Notes under the pieces: model-generated
What the model was told of the DNA's origin: nothing
The model's database searches: none
What the model saw: the letters and a program-made list of their open reading frames with translations, nothing else
From: an uncultured delta proteobacterium
GTDB lineage: Bacteria; Desulfobacterota; Desulfobacteria; Desulfobacterales; Desulfatirhabdiaceae
Direction of reading: 5' to 3'
Assembly (NCBI GenBank): GCA_963789395.1
Contig: CAWBKP010000014.1
Span: 32,001-96,000 of the forward strand
Length of the DNA stretch: 64,000 bases
In this document: piece by piece, positions 43,200-54,783 of the stretch
Layout: every line of letters begins with the position of its first letter
How positions within the stretch are numbered: the first letter of the stretch is position 1
Program-made: the position numbers and the translations under genes

Positions 43200-45392
43200 T
43201 TATACCCCGGATGCAGCTGCCGGGGATAACGGGCCGGCAGGGTCCGCGACATACGGCATGGCGGGTTTGGGAACTTGAAGATTACAGGGCTTCATTTCCT
43301 GAGTATTCAGATCAAAGGTATTGCGGATGGCGTATTCGGCCTGTTTGCCGTTGTTCCACTGTTTGACAGGCCTTAAATAACCCACCACACGGGAATATAT
43401 CTCGGTTTCCTGCCCGCAATCCTTGCAGGTTGCCTGCTCGCCGATAAGATACCCATGTGACGGGCAGACACTGAAGGTCGGCGTCAGGGTAAAATAGGGC
43501 AGACGAAACCGGGTGGACACATTTCGAACCAAATGTTTGACAGCTTCGATATCGGTGACCTGCTCTCCCAGAAAAATATGAAGGACGGTTCCGCCCGTAT
43601 ACTTGGTTTGAAGCCTGTCCTGAAGCGTCAGGGTTTCAAAAATATCCTGTGTATAATTAACGGGCAACTGGGTTGAATTGGTATAAAACGGTGCTGCCCC
43701 GCCCTGATACTCCGTTTCATTGGCACAGACAATGTTGGGATAACGTTTTTTGTCCATCAAAGCCAGCCGGTAGGACGTGCCTTCGGCAGGCGTTGCTTCC
43801 AGATTGAACATGTCCCCGGTTTTTTCCTGAATGCCGGAGATCATGCTACGCAGAAAATCCATTACCTCAAGGGAAAACGCCTGACCGGCCGTTGTGGCGA
43901 TGCCTTCACCGATAAAATTGGTGCAAGCTTCGTTCATTCCGATAATGCCGATGGTTGAAAAATGATTCTTCCAGTAAAGACCGGTGCGATGCTTGATGTC
44001 TCTCAGATAAAACTTGGAATAGGGATACAGGTTTTTATCGGTAAATTTTTCAAGTACTTTTCGCTTGATATTCAGGCTGTCAACCGCCAGGGTCACCAGC
44101 TCGGCCAACCGGGTAAAAAAATCGTCCTTGCCTTGGGCAAGAAATCCGATACGGGGAAGGTTGATGGTAACCACCCCGATAGAACCTGTCAGCGGATTGG
44201 CGCCAAAAAGCCCGCCTCCCCGCTTTAAGAGCTCACGGTTGTCCAGCCTGAGCCGGCAACACATGGATCTGGCGTCTTCCGGAGACATATCGGAATTGAC
44301 AAAATTTGAAAAATAAGGGATTCCATATTTTCCGGTCATTTTCCAGATCATCTCCAGGTTGGGATTGTCCCAGTCAAAATCCGCCGTGATATTGTATGTG
44401 GGGATGGGAAAGGTAAATACCCTGCCTCTGGCGTCCCCTTCCATCATGACCTCTGCAAAGGCCCGGTTGATCAGATTCATCTCCGCCTGAAAGTCGGCAT
44501 AGGTCTCATCTTTTTCGATTCCACCGATAATGATGGGTGAATCCCGAAGCGTGGACGGCACCTGAAGGTCAAGGGTAATATTCGTAAAAGGGGTTTGAAA
44601 TCCCACGCGGGTTGGAATATTGATATTAAAGACAAATTCCTGAATGGCCTGTTTGACCTCAACATAATCCAGATTGTCGTATCGAACAAACGGAGCCAGA
44701 AGGGTATCAAAGCTGGATATGGCCTGGGCACCGGCTGCTTCGCCCTGGAGCGTATAGAAAAAATTAACGATCTGGCCCAGTGCCGAGCGAAGATGTTTGG
44801 GCGGCGCGCTTTCCACCTTGCCCTCAACGCCTTTAAAGCCGGACTTGAGCAAATCTATCAAATCCCAACCCACGCAATAGACCGAAAGCAGGCTGAGGTC
44901 GTGAAGATGAAGGTCTCCGTTTTTGTGCGCATTGCGGATCTCCGGCGGATAGATTCGATTTAACCAGTACTCCGTGGTCACATCAGAGGAAATGTAATTG
45001 TTGAGCCCCTGGAGCGAATAGCACATATTGCTGTTTTCTTTGATTTTCCAGTCCAGTTTCTGAATGTAGTGTTCCACAAGGTCAATACTGGCCTTTGTAG
45101 AGATACTGCGGATCTGGGAATGCTGTTCCCGGTACAGGATATAGGCCTTGGCTGTTTTATGAAACGGGGAGTCCAGCAGAACCCGCTCGACAATGTCTTG
45201 AATCTCTTCCACTTCCGGATGTGGCCCCAGGCGAAGTTCGTGGGCCAGGGTTAATACGCGAAGGGTTAATTTTTTGGCTTCGCGCTCTTCAAATTCACCA
45301 GTCGCCTTGCCGGCCTTGGCAATCGCCGCCGTTATCTTGGAGGAATCAAACTCGACAATTCGGCCATCACGTTTTTTGATATTTTCGAACAT
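43200..45392 (-). CDS. nrdD: Anaerobic (class III) ribonucleoside-triphosphate reductase with ATP cone
   Basis: IKKRDG ATP cone, SMCCRL, EATPAEG, YTGGT, zinc site CPSH..CKDC, YSRVVGYL glycyl-radical motif. Confidence 0.97.
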   Translation of the reverse strand: MFENIKKRDGRIVEFDSSKITAAIAKAGKATGEFEEREAKKLTLRVLTLAHELRLGPHPEVEEIQDIVERVLLDSPFHKTAKAYILYREQHSQIRSISTKASIDLVEHYIQKLDWKIKENSNMCYSLQGLNNYISSDVTTEYWLNRIYPPEIRNAHKNGDLHLHDLSLLSVYCVGWDLIDLLKSGFKGVEGKVESAPPKHLRSALGQIVNFFYTLQGEAAGAQAISSFDTLLAPFVRYDNLDYVEVKQAIQEFVFNINIPTRVGFQTPFTNITLDLQVPSTLRDSPIIIGGIEKDETYADFQAEMNLINRAFAEVMMEGDARGRVFTFPIPTYNITADFDWDNPNLEMIWKMTGKYGIPYFSNFVNSDMSPEDARSMCCRLRLDNRELLKRGGGLFGANPLTGSIGVVTINLPRIGFLAQGKDDFFTRLAELVTLAVDSLNIKRKVLEKFTDKNLYPYSKFYLRDIKHRTGLYWKNHFSTIGIIGMNEACTNFIGEGIATTAGQAFSLEVMDFLRSMISGIQEKTGDMFNLEATPAEGTSYRLALMDKKRYPNIVCANETEYQGGAAPFYTNSTQLPVNYTQDIFETLTLQDRLQTKYTGGTVLHIFLGEQVTDIEAVKHLVRNVSTRFRLPYFTLTPTFSVCPSHGYLIGEQATCKDCGQETEIYSRVVGYLRPVKQWNNGKQAEYAIRNTFDLNTQEMKPCNLQVPKPAMPYVADPAGPLSPAAASGV

Positions 45393-45522
45393 GAAATCAC
45401 CTCGGATTATTCAGAAAGTCATTGCTTCGGACGCAGCGTCGGGTTTATGGAAAAAACGAGCCGAATGGCTGTTTTTTGAACAAATCCGCAAAAAGACCTT
45501 AACCATTTTAGAAAAAAGATTA

Positions 45523-45568
45523 TTACAAGATATGGTAACATGTCAATATAAAAATCAAGATATGGTAT
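45523..45568 (-). promoter_or_regulatory. Tandem NrdR boxes overlapping the nrdD promoter
   Basis: TTACCATATCTTGTAA and ATACCATATCTTGATT (minus strand), 30 bp apart, match acaCwAtATaTwGtg; TTGACA -35 at 45546-45541 lies between them. Confidence 0.8.
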
Positions 45569-45732
45569 GTAGTGTGATTGTTTATTGATGTTTTCTGAAA
45601 GCTGAGAAAAGTTACTTATTGATAAAAACTGTATTTTGTTATTAATTGAAGGTGTTGACGATCCAGTTCAGCACAGCGCGTTTTACGAAAATTCTTTGCC
45701 ACTGACGAGATAACCACAGGAATGTTGATTTC

Positions 45733-46215
45733 ATGCTGAGAACCGCCATTTATCCCGGATCATTTGACCCTGTAACCAACGGACATATTGATATCATAGA
45801 CAGAGGGTTCAAGCTTTTTGATAGAATCATTGTCGGTATCCTCCACAATCCCGCCAAAAAATATCTGTTTAGCGTGGAGGAGCGAATGTCGCTGCTTCGG
45901 GAGAGTTTAAAAAAATTCCCGGATATCGAAATCGAAACATTTGACGGCCTTCTGGTTGACTATGCCGTACAGAAAAACGCCCAGGCCATTCTTCGCGGCA
46001 TGCGCGCGGTGTCTGATTTTGAGTATGAATTTCAGATGGCCTTAATGAACCGGAGGCTCAACCGAGATGTTCAGACCGTTTTTTTGATGACCGGACTTCG
46101 CTGGATTTTTACCAGTTCTTCCATCATCAAGGAAGCCGCCAGCTTTGGCGGTAATATCAACGGGATGGTTCCGCCGGTCGTTCATCAGAAGCTGAAGGAC
46201 AAATTCGGGCGATAG
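45733..46215 (+). CDS. coaD: Phosphopantetheine adenylyltransferase
   Basis: YPGSFDPVTNGH, RGMRAVSDFEYE, SSSIIKE. Confidence 0.97.
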   Translation: MLRTAIYPGSFDPVTNGHIDIIDRGFKLFDRIIVGILHNPAKKYLFSVEERMSLLRESLKKFPDIEIETFDGLLVDYAVQKNAQAILRGMRAVSDFEYEFQMALMNRRLNRDVQTVFLMTGLRWIFTSSSIIKEAASFGGNINGMVPPVVHQKLKDKFGR

Positions 46216-46237
46216 AGAAAAAAGGGGCTGTGTTGGT

Positions 46238-46471
46238 ATGAGAATATCATTTCGTCTGTTTGCCAATTTACGCTCTTTTTCCCCTGAAACGGACGGCTGC
46301 GGGGAGCTGGATCTGGCAAAAGGCTCAACTGTTGGAACCGTATCCGATGTTCTGGGAATTCCCCCTGAAACCGAGCGGGTAATTCTGCTGAACGGCCATC
46401 ATGCCAAGGAAGATATCCGGCTTTCAGATGGCGACAGCCTGACTTTTTTCCCGCCCATGACAGGCGGATAA
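46238..46471 (+). CDS. MoaD/ThiS-family ubiquitin-like sulfur carrier
   Basis: 77 aa; FANLR, LLNG, L.DGD..FFPPMTGG with C-terminal GG. Confidence 0.88.
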   Translation: MRISFRLFANLRSFSPETDGCGELDLAKGSTVGTVSDVLGIPPETERVILLNGHHAKEDIRLSDGDSLTFFPPMTGG

Positions 46472-46497
46472 TTCCTGCCGTTACAGTGATTTCGACC

Positions 46498-47963
46498 ATG
46501 CGACCCCATTCCCGTCAACTACTGCGGAAAGTTGCGCAGACCATTTCGCACCTGAACATGTTCCAAAAAGGCGACAGCGTTTTAACCGGCGTGTCCGGCG
46601 GACCCGATTCCGTTGCCCTGCTTCATATTCTGGTTCAGCTGGCTTCAAAATGGGAATTAACGATCGGTATCGCGCATCTGAATCATTGCCTGAGAGGGGC
46701 GGAATCGGACAGCGGATGCGGACTTTGTTGCCGATCTGGCTGCACGCCTGAACCTTCCCTGCCACAGCGAATCCATTGATATTCGAAATGATCCGGCATT
46801 GCAGAAACTTTCGCTCGAAGCGGCCGCAAGACAGGTCCGCTATGATTTTTTTGACCGCATCAGCCGCCGGAACGGATACCATAAAATTGCGATAGGCCAT
46901 CATCGAAACGACAATGCCGAACTGATGCTGATGTTTCTGTTCCGCGGCAGCGGGCCCCTTGGTTTTTCCGGAATTCCCCCTGTCAGAGATGGCAGTATCG
47001 TCCGCCCCCTTATTGCCGCAGGCCGCAATGAACTTGTTGCATTTCTCAACGAAAATGCGATAACATATCAAGTTGATAAATCCAATCGCGACATGCGGTT
47101 TTTGAGGAACCGGATCCGGCATGAGACAATCCCCTATATTCAGGCCTGCTGCAATCCCGGGATTGTTGAAACCCTGAACCGGTTTTCAGAAATTGTCCGA
47201 TCCGAAGACCAGTGGATGAATGAAATCATTCAACCCATTTATGAAAAAACGCTTGTCAGCGCAGATGCAGCACCGCGTGGTGCTGGCGATACCGGCCCTG
47301 ACGGCATTGCCCGAAGCAGCCCGCCGCCGGGTGATTCGTACCGCCATCCTTCGCATCAAAGGGGATTTGCAGAAAATATCATTTTCCCATATCGAGGCCG
47401 TACGGGAACTGGCTGAACGTCAGCATTATCCGGCGCAACTGACGCTGCCGGATGGCATTCGGATTCAGCGGAATAAAAGCCTTCTGACTTTTTATCAGGT
47501 GGACGAATCGTTGCCAGGCCGCAGACTGAAAATCCGGCGCATGACCGCCGTCTTTTTTTTATACGGTTTCCGGTCCCGTTGAACGCAGTTCTCATTTCCG
47601 AAACCGGCGCGGTACTGACTTTTTCGGAAATACCCATCTGATACCTGCATGATGGATCCGCTTCCGATAAAATCGCCCTGCTGGATATGGAGATGCTGGA
47701 ATTTCCGCTGATTCTGCGAAACATTCAGCCCGGAGATCGGTTCAACCCCCTGGGAGTGACGGGAACACAGAAGATACAGAAATATTTTATCGACCACAAA
47801 ATTGATCGCACCGAACGGCGGCAGTGCCCGGTTCTTTTAAGCGGCAATCGAGGTTGTCTGGCTGGCGGGTCATCGAATCAGCGACCAGTTTAAAGTCACG
47901 CCATCAACCCGGCGGGTGCTTAGAATTGAAATTTGTCGGCCGGTGCATTCAGAGCTTGCATAA
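46498..47963 (+). CDS. tilS: tRNA(Ile)-lysidine synthetase (about five frameshifts)
   Basis: SGGPDS, HLNH, EAAARQVRY, GHHRND, RPL, RNRIRH, PGDRF, VVWLAGHRI across successive frames; lies upstream of ftsH. Confidence 0.9.
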
Positions 47964-48073
47964 CCCGTGATGATGATTAATTTATAAAATTACATGGCTT
48001 GACTTTTATCAGAATTCATCTTTTTTTGATGAATGCATAACAAGTCTTCACCTTTATCGTGAGGAGGATTCGT

Positions 48074-49915
48074 TTGAATCCGTTTTACAAAAATCTGGCC
48101 TTATGGCTGGTTATCACCCTGATGATGATCATGCTGTACAATCTTTTCAATCAACAGCATGTTGCGGATACCACCATCAGTTACACCGAATTTCTTTCTA
48201 TGGTTGAGGACAGCCGGATTGCCGATGTGGTCATGCAGGGCCAGGAACTTTACGTTACCGACACCAACCGCGGCCGATTCAAGGTCTATGCGCCTCAGGA
48301 CAGTGATCTGATCGGCATTCTCCGGCAAAAAGGCGTTGCCATTAACGCAAAACCGCCCGCGGAATCCCCCTGGTACATGTCGCTTCTGGTATCCTGGCTT
48401 CCCATGGTCGTGCTGATCGGCGTATGGATTTTTTTCATGCGGCAGATGCAGGCCGGCGGCGGAAAAGCCATGTCCTTTGGAAAGAGCCGCGCCAAACTGA
48501 TGTCGGATCAGTCGGAAAAAGTCACGTTTGAAGATGTTGCAGGCATTGATGAAGCCAAGGAAGAACTGGGAGAGATTGTCGAATTTTTAAAAGAGCCCAA
48601 AAAATTCACCCGCCTGGGCGGACGCATTCCCAAAGGGGTATTGTTGATGGGCTCTCCCGGAACCGGAAAAACCCTTCTGGCCAGAGCCATTGCCGGTGAA
48701 GCCGGCGTGCCTTTTTTCAGCATCAGCGGCTCTGATTTTGTGGAAATGTTTGTCGGCGTCGGCGCCTCCCGGGTCCGGGATCTTTTTGTTCAGGGGAAAA
48801 AGAATGCTCCCTGCATCATTTTCATCGATGAAATTGATGCTGTCGGCAGACACCGCGGCGCCGGACTCGGCGGCGGTCATGATGAGCGCGAGCAGACCTT
48901 AAACCAGCTTCTGGTGGAAATGGACGGATTTGAATCCAATGAAGGGGTCATTCTGATTTCCGCAACCAACCGGCCGGATGTTCTGGACCCGGCCCTGCTG
49001 CGTCCCGGACGGTTTGATCGGCAGGTCGTGGTTCCGCTGCCGGATATCAAGGGACGCGAACAAATTCTTCGCGTTCACATGAAAAAATCACCGATTTCAC
49101 CGGATGTGGATCCAACGGTTCTGGCCAAGGGAACGCCCGGTTTTTCCGGTGCGGATCTGGAAAATCTTGTCAACGAAGCCGCGCTTCTGGCTGCAAAACG
49201 CAACAAGGAAAAAGTGGACATGGTGGATCTGGACGACGCCAAGGACAAGGTCTATATGGGTCTGGAGCGAAAGTCCAAGGTCGTCCGGGAAGAAGACCGC
49301 AAAACCACGGCCTATCATGAAGCCGGCCACGGGCTGGTTGCCCGGTTTCTGCCCGGAACCCATGCGGTCAATAAAATCACGATCATCCCCAGAGGCAGAG
49401 CCGCCGGCATTACCTGGTTTCTGCCGGAAGAGCAGGATTTCCGGTATAAGGATCAGCTCGAGAGCGAGTTGTCCGTGGCTTTTGGCGGCAGGGTAGCAGA
49501 AGAGCTGATTTTTAACCGGATCAGCACCGGCGCATCCAATGATATCAAACAGGCCACGGAACTGGCTCAGAAAATGGTCCGGGCCTGGGGAATGAGCGAT
49601 CTGCTGGGTCCGTTGTCCTATGCAAAAAATGAAGAGCAGATTTTTCTGGGCAGGGAAATTGCCCAGCATCGGGATTATTCCGAGGAAACCGCTCATATAA
49701 TTGACAGTGAAATCAATAAATTGATCCGGAACAACTATGAGCGGGCCAGGCAGGTTCTGTCGGAAAATATGGAGATTTTGCACAAACTGGCAGCCCTGTT
49801 GCTGGAAAAGGAAACCGTCATGGGTGCGGAACTGGATGCCCTGATTCGTGCGGTTCGACCTGACTTTGAATTTCCATCCAATCCGCCAGCCGAGGAAGAA
49901 GCCGTCGGCGCATGA
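48074..49915 (+). CDS. ftsH: ATP-dependent zinc metalloprotease
   Basis: Two TMs, [27 protein letters not shown] start after GAGGAGG. Confidence 0.98.
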   Translation: MNPFYKNLALWLVITLMMIMLYNLFNQQHVADTTISYTEFLSMVEDSRIADVVMQGQELYVTDTNRGRFKVYAPQDSDLIGILRQKGVAINAKPPAESPWYMSLLVSWLPMVVLIGVWIFFMRQMQAGGGKAMSFGKSRAKLMSDQSEKVTFEDVAGIDEAKEELGEIVEFLKEPKKFTRLGGRIPKGVLLMGSPGTGKTLLARAIAGEAGVPFFSISGSDFVEMFVGVGASRVRDLFVQGKKNAPCIIFIDEIDAVGRHRGAGLGGGHDEREQTLNQLLVEMDGFESNEGVILISATNRPDVLDPALLRPGRFDRQVVVPLPDIKGREQILRVHMKKSPISPDVDPTVLAKGTPGFSGADLENLVNEAALLAAKRNKEKVDMVDLDDAKDKVYMGLERKSKVVREEDRKTTAYHEAGHGLVARFLPGTHAVNKITIIPRGRAAGITWFLPEEQDFRYKDQLESELSVAFGGRVAEELIFNRISTGASNDIKQATELAQKMVRAWGMSDLLGPLSYAKNEEQIFLGREIAQHRDYSEETAHIIDSEINKLIRNNYERARQVLSENMEILHKLAALLLEKETVMGAELDALIRAVRPDFEFPSNPPAEEEAVGA

Positions 49916-50798
49916 TAAAAAATTACGATATCTCGTGGGAAAATCATCACCTGAAACTGGGCCCCCGCACCTGTATCATGGGGATTTTAAATGTCACGCC
50001 GGATTCTTTTTCAGATGGCGGCAGGTTTTATCGCATTTGATCATGCCGTCTCTCAAGCTGAAAAACTGGTTGCGGACGGAGCGGACATTCTGGATGTGGG
50101 CGGAGAATCCACCCGCCCCTTTTCCGATGCCGTGCCTGAAGCGGAAGAAACCCGCCGCGTTGTTCCGGTCATTGAAGCCATCGCCAGGCGCATATCCATC
50201 CCCATTTCCATCGACACCACCAAATCCGGTGTTGCCAGGCGCGCCATTGAGGCAGGGGCCTCCATCATAAATGATGTCGGCGCCCTGCGAATGGATGCTG
50301 ATATGGCAAAGGTGGCTGCGGCATCCGGAGTCCCGGTGATTGTGATGCACATGCTGGGAACACCAAAAACCATGCAGGTAGCTCCGGCCTATGAGAATCT
50401 CCTTTCGGAAATCAGGACATTTTTAGCCACAACCATCGATCATGCCGTCAGCCACGGTATTTTGCGGTCCCGAATCATTATTGATCCGGGAATCGGCTTT
50501 GGCAAAACCATTCACCACAACCTGACGCTGATTCGATGCCTGAACGCCTTTGCGTCTCTGGATGTGCCGATACTCATCGGCCCTTCCAGAAAATCCTTTA
50601 TTCGAAATCTTCTTAAAATCGTCAGATCCGGAAGGGCTCGATCCGAGTCCGGAGAGCATTGAAACCGGCACACAGGCAATCGTCGCCGCCGGCATTTTAA
50701 ACGGCGCCCATATCCTTCGGGTTCACGATGTGGCGCGAACCGTGACAACCGTAAGGCTCATGGATGCGATGAAAGGAGATACCCGATGCTTCTTGTGA
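49912..50798 (+). CDS. folP: Dihydropteroate synthase (frameshifts near 50025 and 50620)
   Basis: [16 protein letters not shown] from ATG 49912; [29 protein letters not shown]. Confidence 0.93.
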
Positions 50799-51551
50799 TT
50801 GATGTGGGAAATACCAATATCGTCCTTGGCGTTTATCACGAACAGACTCTGCTGAAAGACTGGCGGATTCGCACCGAGCGCAACATCACGGAAGATGAGT
50901 TTCATATTCTGGCCTATAATTTATTTGAAGGAAGCCGGATAAACACCGGATCAGATTGACAGAACCATCGTTTCCTGCGTGGTTCCGCCCCTGGTCAATA
51001 TCCTGGATGCATTCTGCCGGAAATACCTGCATCATTCCCCGGTATGGGTGGATCCCAAAACGTATCAGGGCATGCCGATTCTCTATACCAATCCCGGAGA
51101 AGTCGGCGCAGACCGGATCGTCAATGCCGTTGCCGCCTTTCACCGGTACCGGACCAGCCTGGTCGTCATTGATTTTGGCACGGCCACAACCTTTGATGCC
51201 ATTTCCGAAACCGGCGCATATTTAGGGGGCGCCATCAGCCCCGGCATCATGATTTCCGCGGAAGCCCTGTTCAAGAATGCGTCCAAGCTGCCGCGGGTTG
51301 AGATTTTTACGCCCCCGAGACAGGTGATCGGAAAGGATACGGCAAGCAGCATTCAATCGGGCATCATCTATGGCTATGCGGGACTTGTGGATGGCATGGT
51401 CATGCGGCTGAAGGCCGAAATGGGCACAAACCCCAAAATCGTGGCAACCGGCGGGCTTTCGGTTCTGATTGCCGGCGTTTCACACACCATCGATGTGGTT
51501 GAGCCGGATTTAACCCTTGAAGGCCTGAGAATCATCAGCGAAGAATTATAG
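50786..51551 (+). CDS. coaX: Type III pantothenate kinase (frameshift near 50935)
   Basis: [11 protein letters not shown] from ATG 50786; [30 protein letters not shown]. Confidence 0.93.
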
Positions 51552-51553
51552 CC

Positions 51554-51698
51554 TTACATTTCCATTTCAGCCTCGATCTTCTGGATTTCCTTCAGAAGCC
51601 TTTCCTTCTCCTCCTCAGGCAGCTCTTCCTCATGAAGCCTGCGTCTGAAACCGAGCAGACATCATTTCCAACCGGTAATCCGAACAGGTGTATGTCAT
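51554..51698 (-). CDS. Small hypothetical protein (~47 aa, one frameshift)
   Basis: MTYTCSDYRLEMM / LLGFRRRLHEEELPEEEKERLLKEIQKIEAEMEM-stop after removing one base; follows the zinc-ribbon gene. Confidence 0.5.
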
Positions 51699-51709
51699 GG
51701 AATCCGCGC

Positions 51710-52399
51710 CTATCCCTTGCCTGTTTTTATCAGGGATTCCTTGAAAAACACTGTAAAATGCCATGATGTTCGTCAATGGCCCGCCTGAGAATCTTGGCGA
51801 TTTCATCCAGATTCCGCAAATGGATCACCACATTGACGCTTTTATTAAAGGCCGCCATATTGTCCATGGTGCGAAACCGGGTTGTTATCAGCGCCACAAA
51901 CATGTTCCGGCGCACAGACATCACCAGATCATTCAGGTAAGTGAGAATCGGATTGTCATCCGGAGACGGGCAGTCAAAAAGTTCATTCATGACGATCAGG
52001 TCAAAGGAATGAAACCGCATTTTTTTCAGTGCATCTGTTGCGCTTTCGGGCTCAACCGTATGGTATCCCATTTGTTTGAGCGCAAAACGCAACTTGGACA
52101 AGATTCCCGGATCGGATTCACAAATCAGGGCTGTTTTAACGCCGGGCCCCAGAAAATCAAATGGTTTTTCAGAAGCGTCATAGACGCTGGATGAAACGGT
52201 TTCAATCAGATTTTTATCAGCCGACTGGCTGGAAGCCGGCCTTGACCGGATCAGTTGATATGGGGGGTTTTTTTGTACGGGTATCCAGTGTCAGCTTTTT
52301 TTTACAGCGCGGACAGGGAATAAAAACGACCTGCTCCGCGGGTATTTTTTCATCCGATATTTTAAACTTTCCCTGACACTGATCGCAGATTACCTCCAT
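51710..52399 (-). CDS. Zinc-ribbon (MJ0042-finger-like) protein with receiver-like domain (several frameshifts)
   Basis: CDQCQGKFKI..CPRC; downstream TALICE..MRFHSFDLIVMNELF..RRNMFVALI; ends KESLIKTGKG-stop. Confidence 0.7.
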
Positions 52400-52425
52400 T
52401 TTCCAGTCCCCCTATGCTGATGCCA

Positions 52426-53605
52426 TCAAATCCGCTGTTTTTTAGCTTTTCCATACTGCTGGTCAACTTCAAGCCGCTCAATATCGGTTGTCGCCTCTCC
52501 CCTGCCGGCCTTGACGGAATCAATTCCCCGGCCGACAAGTCCTTTACGGGAAGCGTAAGCCATGGCTGTTTCTTCGGAAATCGACCCTCTTTCGTAAAGT
52601 TGAACGATGAAATCATCAAAGGTTGTCATGCCAAAGGCTTTTCCGGTCTGAATGATCTCATAAAACGTTTTGCCTTCGGATTCTCCGTGCAAAATGGTGT
52701 CCTTGACCCGCAGATTGGTTCCCATGATTTCAAATGCCGCCACCCTGCCGCCCCCGATTCTGGGAAGCAGGCGCTGGCAGACCACCCAGCGAAGGGTGTC
52801 CGCAAGCCGGATGCGGATCTGATTTTCTTCATCGGTATTGAACATTCCCAGAATTCGATTGATGGTCTGGCCGGCATCCACGGTATGGAGCGTGGTCAGC
52901 ACCAGATGGCCGGTTTCCGCGGCACTCAGGCCGATTTCAACGGTTTCCCTGTCCCGCATTTCGCCAACCAGTATCACTTTGGGCGCCTGCCGGAGCGCGG
53001 CTCGAAGACCGCTGGGAAAGGTGTCGAAATCGCTTCCCATTTCCCGCTGGTTAAACGTGGATCTCTTGTGCGAATGCTGGTATTCAACCGGATCTTCAAG
53101 CGTTACGATGTGGACGGCCTGATGTTCATTGATTTCATTCAGAACAGCGGCAAGAGATGTGGATTTGCCGCTGCCCGTGGCCCCGGTTACCAGGATAATT
53201 CCGTTTTTTTCCGTTGCCATTTTAAGAAAGGATTCCGGAAGATCCAGATCCGCACAACTGGGGATACGGGTTTCCAGCCTTCGAAGCACAATCGAGAATT
53301 TGCGCTGCTGCGAAAAGATATTGACTCTGAACCTGGCCTTTCCGGGCAGTGCATAGGACAAATCGCAGGAACCTTCCCTGAGAAGGATCTTCGGTCAGGC
53401 GGCGGTCGTTATTGATCAGATTCAGGGCAAGGATTTCGGTCTGAAACGGGGTGAGTTCTTCAAACGACGGGTCAAATTCCACGGGAATCAACTGGCCGGA
53501 GCTTTCCACCTGAAAGGGCTTGCCAACCGTAATGTTCAGGTCGGAAACATTTCTGGTAAACTCCAGCATCCGGCTGAGGATATAGTCGCATTCCTGTTTT
53601 CGCAT
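52426..53605 (-). CDS. PilT/PilU-family type IV pilus ATPase (frameshift near 53380)
   Basis: VSDLNITVG N-terminus; GATGSGKST, TLEDPVE, ALRQAP, GEMRD, TLHT; lacks AIRNLIRE. Confidence 0.9.
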
Positions 53606-53669
53606 CGTATCCTCCGATAAAGACAAAAGCAGCGGCCAGAGAAATTCTGCGCACTGCCCCAGTCGCCTT

Positions 53670-54752
53670 TTAGGCTTCGGTAAAGTCGGTTGGGGGTGAT
53701 TTTAAATATGGCCGGAATTTTCCCTTGTCATTGGCCTTGGCATAGGCGTCATCCGGATGGATCTTGCCTTTATTCAAAAGATCCATGATGGCATCATCCA
53801 GAAGCTGCATGCCGTAACGTTTGCCGGTCTGGATAGATGAGGGAATCTGAAAAGTCTTGGCTTCACGGATCAGATTTCGCACCGCAGGGGTCGCGATCAT
53901 GATTTCCAGCGCGGCGCAGCGCCCTTTTTTATCCGCCCGCTTGAACAAAACCTGTGCAACGACCGCCCGCAATCCATCCGCCAGCGTGGAGCGGACCTGC
54001 TCCTGCTGATTGGCGGGAAACACCTCGATGACCCGGTCAACGGTCTTGGCGGCACTTGAGGTATGCAGGGTTCCAAATACGAGATGGCCGGTGGAAGCCG
54101 CTTCGATGGCCAGCGAAATGGTTTCCAGATCCCGCATTTCACCGACCATAATGATGTCCGGATCTTCCCGAAGCGCCCCTCTCAGGGCGGCGCTGAACGT
54201 TCGGGTGTGAAGCCCCACTTCCCGGTGATTGACGATGCAGCCCTGACTCTGATGAACAAATTCGATGGGATCTTCAACCGTAATGATATGATCCTTGCGG
54301 CTGCGGTTGGCCACATCGATGATTGCGGCAAGGGTTGTGGATTTGCCGCTTCCGGTCGGGCCCGTGACCAGAACCAGCCCTCTGGGCAGCATTGCCAGTT
54401 TGGGAATGACACCGGGAAGTCCCAGTTGTTCGGCAGTCAGAATTTTGCTGGGAATTTGGCGAAAGACAGCAGCAACGCCATATTTTTGCATGAAAAAATT
54501 GGCGCGGTATCGGGCAAGCCCTGGAATTTCATAACCGAAATCCACATCTCCGGATTCTTCAAAAACCTTGACCTTGTCTTCAGGGGCGATTTCATACAAC
54601 ATGCTTCTCAGCAAATCATTGTCCAGCACCTTATACTTGATGCGCTCCATTTCGCCATTGATCCGGAGCGCGGGGGGCTGACCCGATACCAGGTGAAGGT
54701 CTGATGCCCCCTGATCATGCATTAATTTAAAAAAAGCATCAATTTTGGCCAT
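53670..54752 (-). CDS. pilT: Type IV pilus retraction ATPase
   Basis: GASDLHL, GPTGSGKST, EDPIE, ALREDPD, AVRNLIRE, GMQ. Confidence 0.96.
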   Translation of the reverse strand: MAKIDAFFKLMHDQGASDLHLVSGQPPALRINGEMERIKYKVLDNDLLRSMLYEIAPEDKVKVFEESGDVDFGYEIPGLARYRANFFMQKYGVAAVFRQIPSKILTAEQLGLPGVIPKLAMLPRGLVLVTGPTGSGKSTTLAAIIDVANRSRKDHIITVEDPIEFVHQSQGCIVNHREVGLHTRTFSAALRGALREDPDIIMVGEMRDLETISLAIEAASTGHLVFGTLHTSSAAKTVDRVIEVFPANQQEQVRSTLADGLRAVVAQVLFKRADKKGRCAALEIMIATPAVRNLIREAKTFQIPSSIQTGKRYGMQLLDDAIMDLLNKGKIHPDDAYAKANDKGKFRPYLKSPPTDFTEA

Positions 54753-54783
54753 AAGTGATGTCCTCTATCCCGGCGAAACCAAT

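Noticed and set aside
46498..51551. Calling tilS, folP and coaX pseudogenes
   Set aside because: All catalytic motifs are intact, breaks are single-base frame changes, and the genes are normally required; sequencing error is more likely.
52414..53415. Long antisense ORFs (e.g. 52414-53415, 7763-8590, 4700-5503, 49097-49783)
   Set aside because: Shadow frames opposite well-supported genes, with no recognisable motifs.
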